This document shows positions 60,861-64,000 of a stretch of 64,000 bases of DNA, piece by piece. Every line of letters begins with the position of its first letter. The stretch's first letter is position 1. A program made the position numbers and the translations under genes. Location: positions 1 to 64,000 of the IMG/VR virus record IMGVR_UViG_3300009103_002144; one strand, given 5' to 3'. Below the pieces are notes generated by a model. That model was not told the DNA's origin. It was given only the letters and a program-made list of their open reading frames with translations, and did no database searches. This DNA comes from a virus.

Positions 60861-61894
60861 CCCTTAAACTTCATCTTCATCCCAGGAATCCATGCTTCTG
60901 GTTCCGGAGATCTACCTAATACCTGTAGCTCGGTTGTCGCGACTTTGAAATCATGAGCGTGCATTAAGCTGGCAAGATTAGAAAACTTTGTCTTAGGTTC
61001 CCACCCAAGCTTTTCTTTTGCTTTTGTTGGGTCTCCTAAAAGTATGGGCACCTCGTGAGGGCGGAATAGTCTCTCATCTATCTCTACATTTTCGTCAATT
61101 GATAGACCAGCAATGGAGAATACTTCTTCTAGCCACTCTTGAACCGAATGTGTCTCTCCGGTTGCTATGACATAATCATCTGGTTTTTTTTGTTGGAGCA
61201 TTAGCCACATCGCCTCTACATAATCACCTGCAAATCCCCAGTCTCTCTTTGCGGAAAGGTTCCCAAGAAATAACTTCTCTTGCAGCCCAAGCTTTATTCT
61301 AGCAGCAGCAAGTGTGATCTTTCGTGTGACAAACGTTTCACCCCGACGAGGAGATTCGTGATTGAACAAAATGCCGCTTGAAATGTGCATGTCATAAGAC
61401 TCACGATAATTTCTACACAGGTTATGAGCAAATACTTTAGCACAAGCATAAGGACTAGCAGGCATCAAAATTGTATTTTCGTCTTGAGGATAATTGGGGT
61501 TATCACCGTACATCTCTGATGAGGATGCTTGATAAATCCTTATATCTTTGTTAACAAAACGAACAGCTTCAAGAATCCTTAGCGTACCCATGGCTATAGT
61601 ATCAACTGTTTCTATCGGTACATCAAATGAAACTCGAACATGGGACTGCGCTGCGAGGTTATAAAACTCTTCTGGCTCATACTGCTCAAGCAACCTATAG
61701 AGGGTTGAGGGGTCATGTAAAGAATAATATTCAAGACAAAACATGGGGTTGTTATAAATGTGATCCAAACGGTCAGTAGAGATCAAGCTTGTTCTTCTCT
61801 TAAGACCAACTACTCGATACCCTTTGCTCAATAGCAACTCAGCAAGATACGATCCATCTTGGCCAGTTATTCCTGTTACTAAAGCAGTTTTCAT
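60857..61894 (-). CDS. gmd: GDP-mannose 4,6-dehydratase
   Basis: [73 protein letters not shown]. Confidence 0.96.
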   Translation of the reverse strand: MKTALVTGITGQDGSYLAELLLSKGYRVVGLKRRTSLISTDRLDHIYNNPMFCLEYYSLHDPSTLYRLLEQYEPEEFYNLAAQSHVRVSFDVPIETVDTIAMGTLRILEAVRFVNKDIRIYQASSSEMYGDNPNYPQDENTILMPASPYACAKVFAHNLCRNYRESYDMHISSGILFNHESPRRGETFVTRKITLAAARIKLGLQEKLFLGNLSAKRDWGFAGDYVEAMWLMLQQKKPDDYVIATGETHSVQEWLEEVFSIAGLSIDENVEIDERLFRPHEVPILLGDPTKAKEKLGWEPKTKFSNLASLMHAHDFKVATTELQVLGRSPEPEAWIPGMKMKFKG

Positions 61895-62820
61895 TCCATT
61901 CCTCTTACGTTAGGATAATTCTCGATGAACCATTTACACGTCTTTTCTAGCCCATCCTCAAATGTAGTATATTGAGATCGATCCCATCCAGTTGACACAA
62001 GCTTATCATTACTGCTTGGCTTCCTAAATTGGCCGGATGGCTTTGACTTATCCCAAAAAACAGGACCATCATATTCTAGATTTTGGCAAACGAGCTCAAC
62101 TACAGACGCAATACTTCTTTCCTCTGTTATACCAATATTAACAGGATCGGGATCATTGTACTCGTCTAGCAGGTAGAGTAAGATCTTCGAGAGATCCGGG
62201 GCATAGGTGAACTCCCTAAGAGCTGATCCATCGCTCCAAAAAGCAGGGGTGTTCCCAGTCTTTTTCGCTTCCCAAACTTTTCTGATTATTGCGGGAATAA
62301 CATGCCCATTTTCTAAATCGAAGTTATCATGAGGACCATACAGATTGTTCGGCACAGCGCAGATGAAGTTACACCCATATTGCTGACGAAGTGCTCTAGA
62401 TTGTACATCCAGCATTCTCTTTGAGTACGCATAGCCAAAGTTGCTAGAGTGCGGGGCACCGTTATGAATTTGGTCTTCAGTTAGCGGGTAATTTACTTGG
62501 TCCGGATAAACGCAGGTAGACAAAAGCGACACAACTTTTGTTACTCCGAATTTTTTTGAAGCCTGGAGTACGTTTGTATTCATTCTAATATTATCAGAAA
62601 AGAAGTCTGCTACAAAGTCAGTATTTCCTTTGACACCCCCAACTCTTGCCGCGAGATGGATTACAGCATCAGGAGTGTAATTCATTATCATTACTTGCGT
62701 ATCATGCCACGAGCGAAGATCGTGATGTTTAGAGCTCATAAGAATAATCTCATGATCTGTCTCCACATCTTGAAATCCGGAACCGACCATTCCGGTCCCA
62801 CCTGTAATCAATACTCTCAT
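61891..62820 (-). CDS. fcl: GDP-L-fucose synthase (epimerase/reductase)
   Basis: [52 protein letters not shown]; coupled to gmd. Confidence 0.92.
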   Translation of the reverse strand: MRVLITGGTGMVGSGFQDVETDHEIILMSSKHHDLRSWHDTQVMIMNYTPDAVIHLAARVGGVKGNTDFVADFFSDNIRMNTNVLQASKKFGVTKVVSLLSTCVYPDQVNYPLTEDQIHNGAPHSSNFGYAYSKRMLDVQSRALRQQYGCNFICAVPNNLYGPHDNFDLENGHVIPAIIRKVWEAKKTGNTPAFWSDGSALREFTYAPDLSKILLYLLDEYNDPDPVNIGITEERSIASVVELVCQNLEYDGPVFWDKSKPSGQFRKPSSNDKLVSTGWDRSQYTTFEDGLEKTCKWFIENYPNVRGME

Positions 62821-63476
62821 ATTTCCATAACCTCGTAATAATGACCAATCAAAAACTTATTACCCTTGCTTAATGACTTTAGTTTATGAGAAGAATTATA
62901 ATGCTCAGGGAGCATCACCCTAAAATCAAAGCTCACCCGCGTAACTCCGGTTCTATTTGGGAGATTTCCATGGATACATTGATTACCATTAAATTTTACA
63001 ACCTGACCTGGTTCAAGCTCAAACTGTCTAAAATCCATTTTTCCTGGTCTACTCTCGGCGATCGTCGTATTACTTTCGAACATGCGGGTTAGCGCAAGAA
63101 TAAAATTCATTTCACCAGACGGATGATTATAGTCACCATCTTTGTGCCAGCCACCCACCGCAACATTATCTGGTAAATGAACACGAAATGATGGCCATTT
63201 TTGATATATTAACTTGTCATTGGCACCCACGATGGGCGCTACAAAATCTTTTATAAAAGCCTTATAAGAACTTAAAAATTCTGGCCAGCCTGAGCGCATC
63301 TTATCATAAAAAACTCTATGAAACCTTGTGTCTGAATCGGATCCGGGCTCACTGAAAAACTCATATTGCTTATCTAAATCTAAGTGAAGATTATTCAGGT
63401 CTTTTCTTCCAAAGAGATCTTGAAATAACGAGACAAACTTATACTTTTCTATATCATAATCATAATACTTTTCCAT
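62817..63476 (-). CDS. 2OG-Fe(II) oxygenase-like protein (StrG-like)
   Basis: YQKWPSFRVHLP, WHKD (HxD), distal CIHGN, TRVSFDFRV (RxS). ATG at 63476 with GAGG SD preferred to the track start at 63497. Confidence 0.7.
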   Translation of the reverse strand: MEKYYDYDIEKYKFVSLFQDLFGRKDLNNLHLDLDKQYEFFSEPGSDSDTRFHRVFYDKMRSGWPEFLSSYKAFIKDFVAPIVGANDKLIYQKWPSFRVHLPDNVAVGGWHKDGDYNHPSGEMNFILALTRMFESNTTIAESRPGKMDFRQFELEPGQVVKFNGNQCIHGNLPNRTGVTRVSFDFRVMLPEHYNSSHKLKSLSKGNKFLIGHYYEVMEI

Positions 63477-64000
63477 GTATTTCCTCAATAGAAGCAATTA
63501 CGTCTCGTATCCCTTCTTCTAATGTTAATTTTGGCTTCCAGTATTGTAGGATATATTCATCTGGAGGGACATCAACAAGCTTTTGCACTGTATCCTCTTT
63601 GGTACCAGGAATGACAGGAACATTTCCGCATATTGAAGAGACAATGTTCGCTATCTCTCTTATACTCGTCCACTCAAAATTTGTCACATCCAAAGACTGA
63701 CCTGCAAAACGTGATGGGTCTTTACTTATCATGTACAGCGCCCTTGAGCAGTCTTCAGCATGCAAAAATTGTCTGGTCTCCTCTCCGTTTGTAAGCATCT
63801 CTATCTTACCTTCTTGTTGGGCCTTCAAAGCGAAGTCTGTTATTACGTGCGCTTTTTGTAAATCTCTTTCAGGACCATATACATTCCAAAATCGGGTGAT
63901 CGTTCCACCCATTGAAATTGTAAGTCGTTCACCAATAAATTTCAAACCACCATACGTTGAGTGCTTCATGTCTGCCATTTGACTTGAAGCAAAAAGGAAC
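63460..64000 (-). CDS. NAD-dependent epimerase/dehydratase (extended SDR), 5' end outside window
   Basis: Frame open to the window edge (FLFASSQMADM...); catalytic YGGLK (YxxxK), RFWNVYGP, RQFLHAEDC. Confidence 0.82.
   Translation of the reverse strand, partial: FLFASSQMADMKHSTYGGLKFIGERLTISMGGTITRFWNVYGPERDLQKAHVITDFALKAQQEGKIEMLTNGEETRQFLHAEDCSRALYMISKDPSRFAGQSLDVTNFEWTSIREIANIVSSICGNVPVIPGTKEDTVQKLVDVPPDEYILQYWKPKLTLEEGIRDVIASIEEIHGKVL

Noticed and set aside
1-64000. Stop-codon reassignment as seen in some large phages
   Set aside because: Standard code gives full-length genes and dense packing; TAA, TAG and TGA all end genes at expected positions.
57498-64000. Host LPS/capsule locus, implying a prophage boundary
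   Set aside because: Genes are co-oriented and overlap continuously with phage genes, include a phage-type nuclease, and no integrase, att site or wzx/wzy-type genes are seen.
1-64000. tRNA/rRNA genes, introns, inteins, homing endonucleases
   Set aside because: No intergenic space or cloverleaf-like sequence seen; terminase, portal and primase appear uninterrupted.

Overview
64 kb of a large lytic myovirus (T4-like/jumbo-phage type) genome. Essentially every real gene is on the minus strand, densely packed with overlapping or abutting stop/start codons, standard genetic code and Shine-Dalgarno sites. In transcription order (right to left): a nucleotide-sugar/glycosylation module (NAD-dependent epimerase [partial], 2OG-Fe(II) oxygenase, GDP-fucose synthase Fcl, GDP-mannose 4,6-dehydratase Gmd, a Cas4/RecB-like nuclease, two GT4 glycosyltransferases); a gp55-like late sigma factor; a contractile-tail baseplate block (gp5-like hub/spike, gp25, gp6, gp7/P2-gpI-like); very large LamG-type and repeat-rich fibre/virion proteins (up to 2615 aa); a recombination/replication trio (RuvC-like resolvase, primase, single-chain Mre11-Rad50 fusion); and the packaging/head block (terminase large subunit, portal, prohead protease). 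Major capsid, sheath, tube and tape-measure genes were not recognised here. The most notable signals: (1) strong enrichment of an [S/T]-G-S / [S/T]-A-S tripeptide in putative surface virion proteins next to a phage-encoded GDP-fucose plus glycosyltransferase pathway, suggesting sequon-directed virion glycosylation; (2) an ATANTTA motif upstream of late units, a candidate promoter for the phage sigma factor; (3) what appears to be a tail-fibre anchor domain split into separate, duplicated N-half and C-half genes. All assignments are from motif recognition by eye; no database searches were run.
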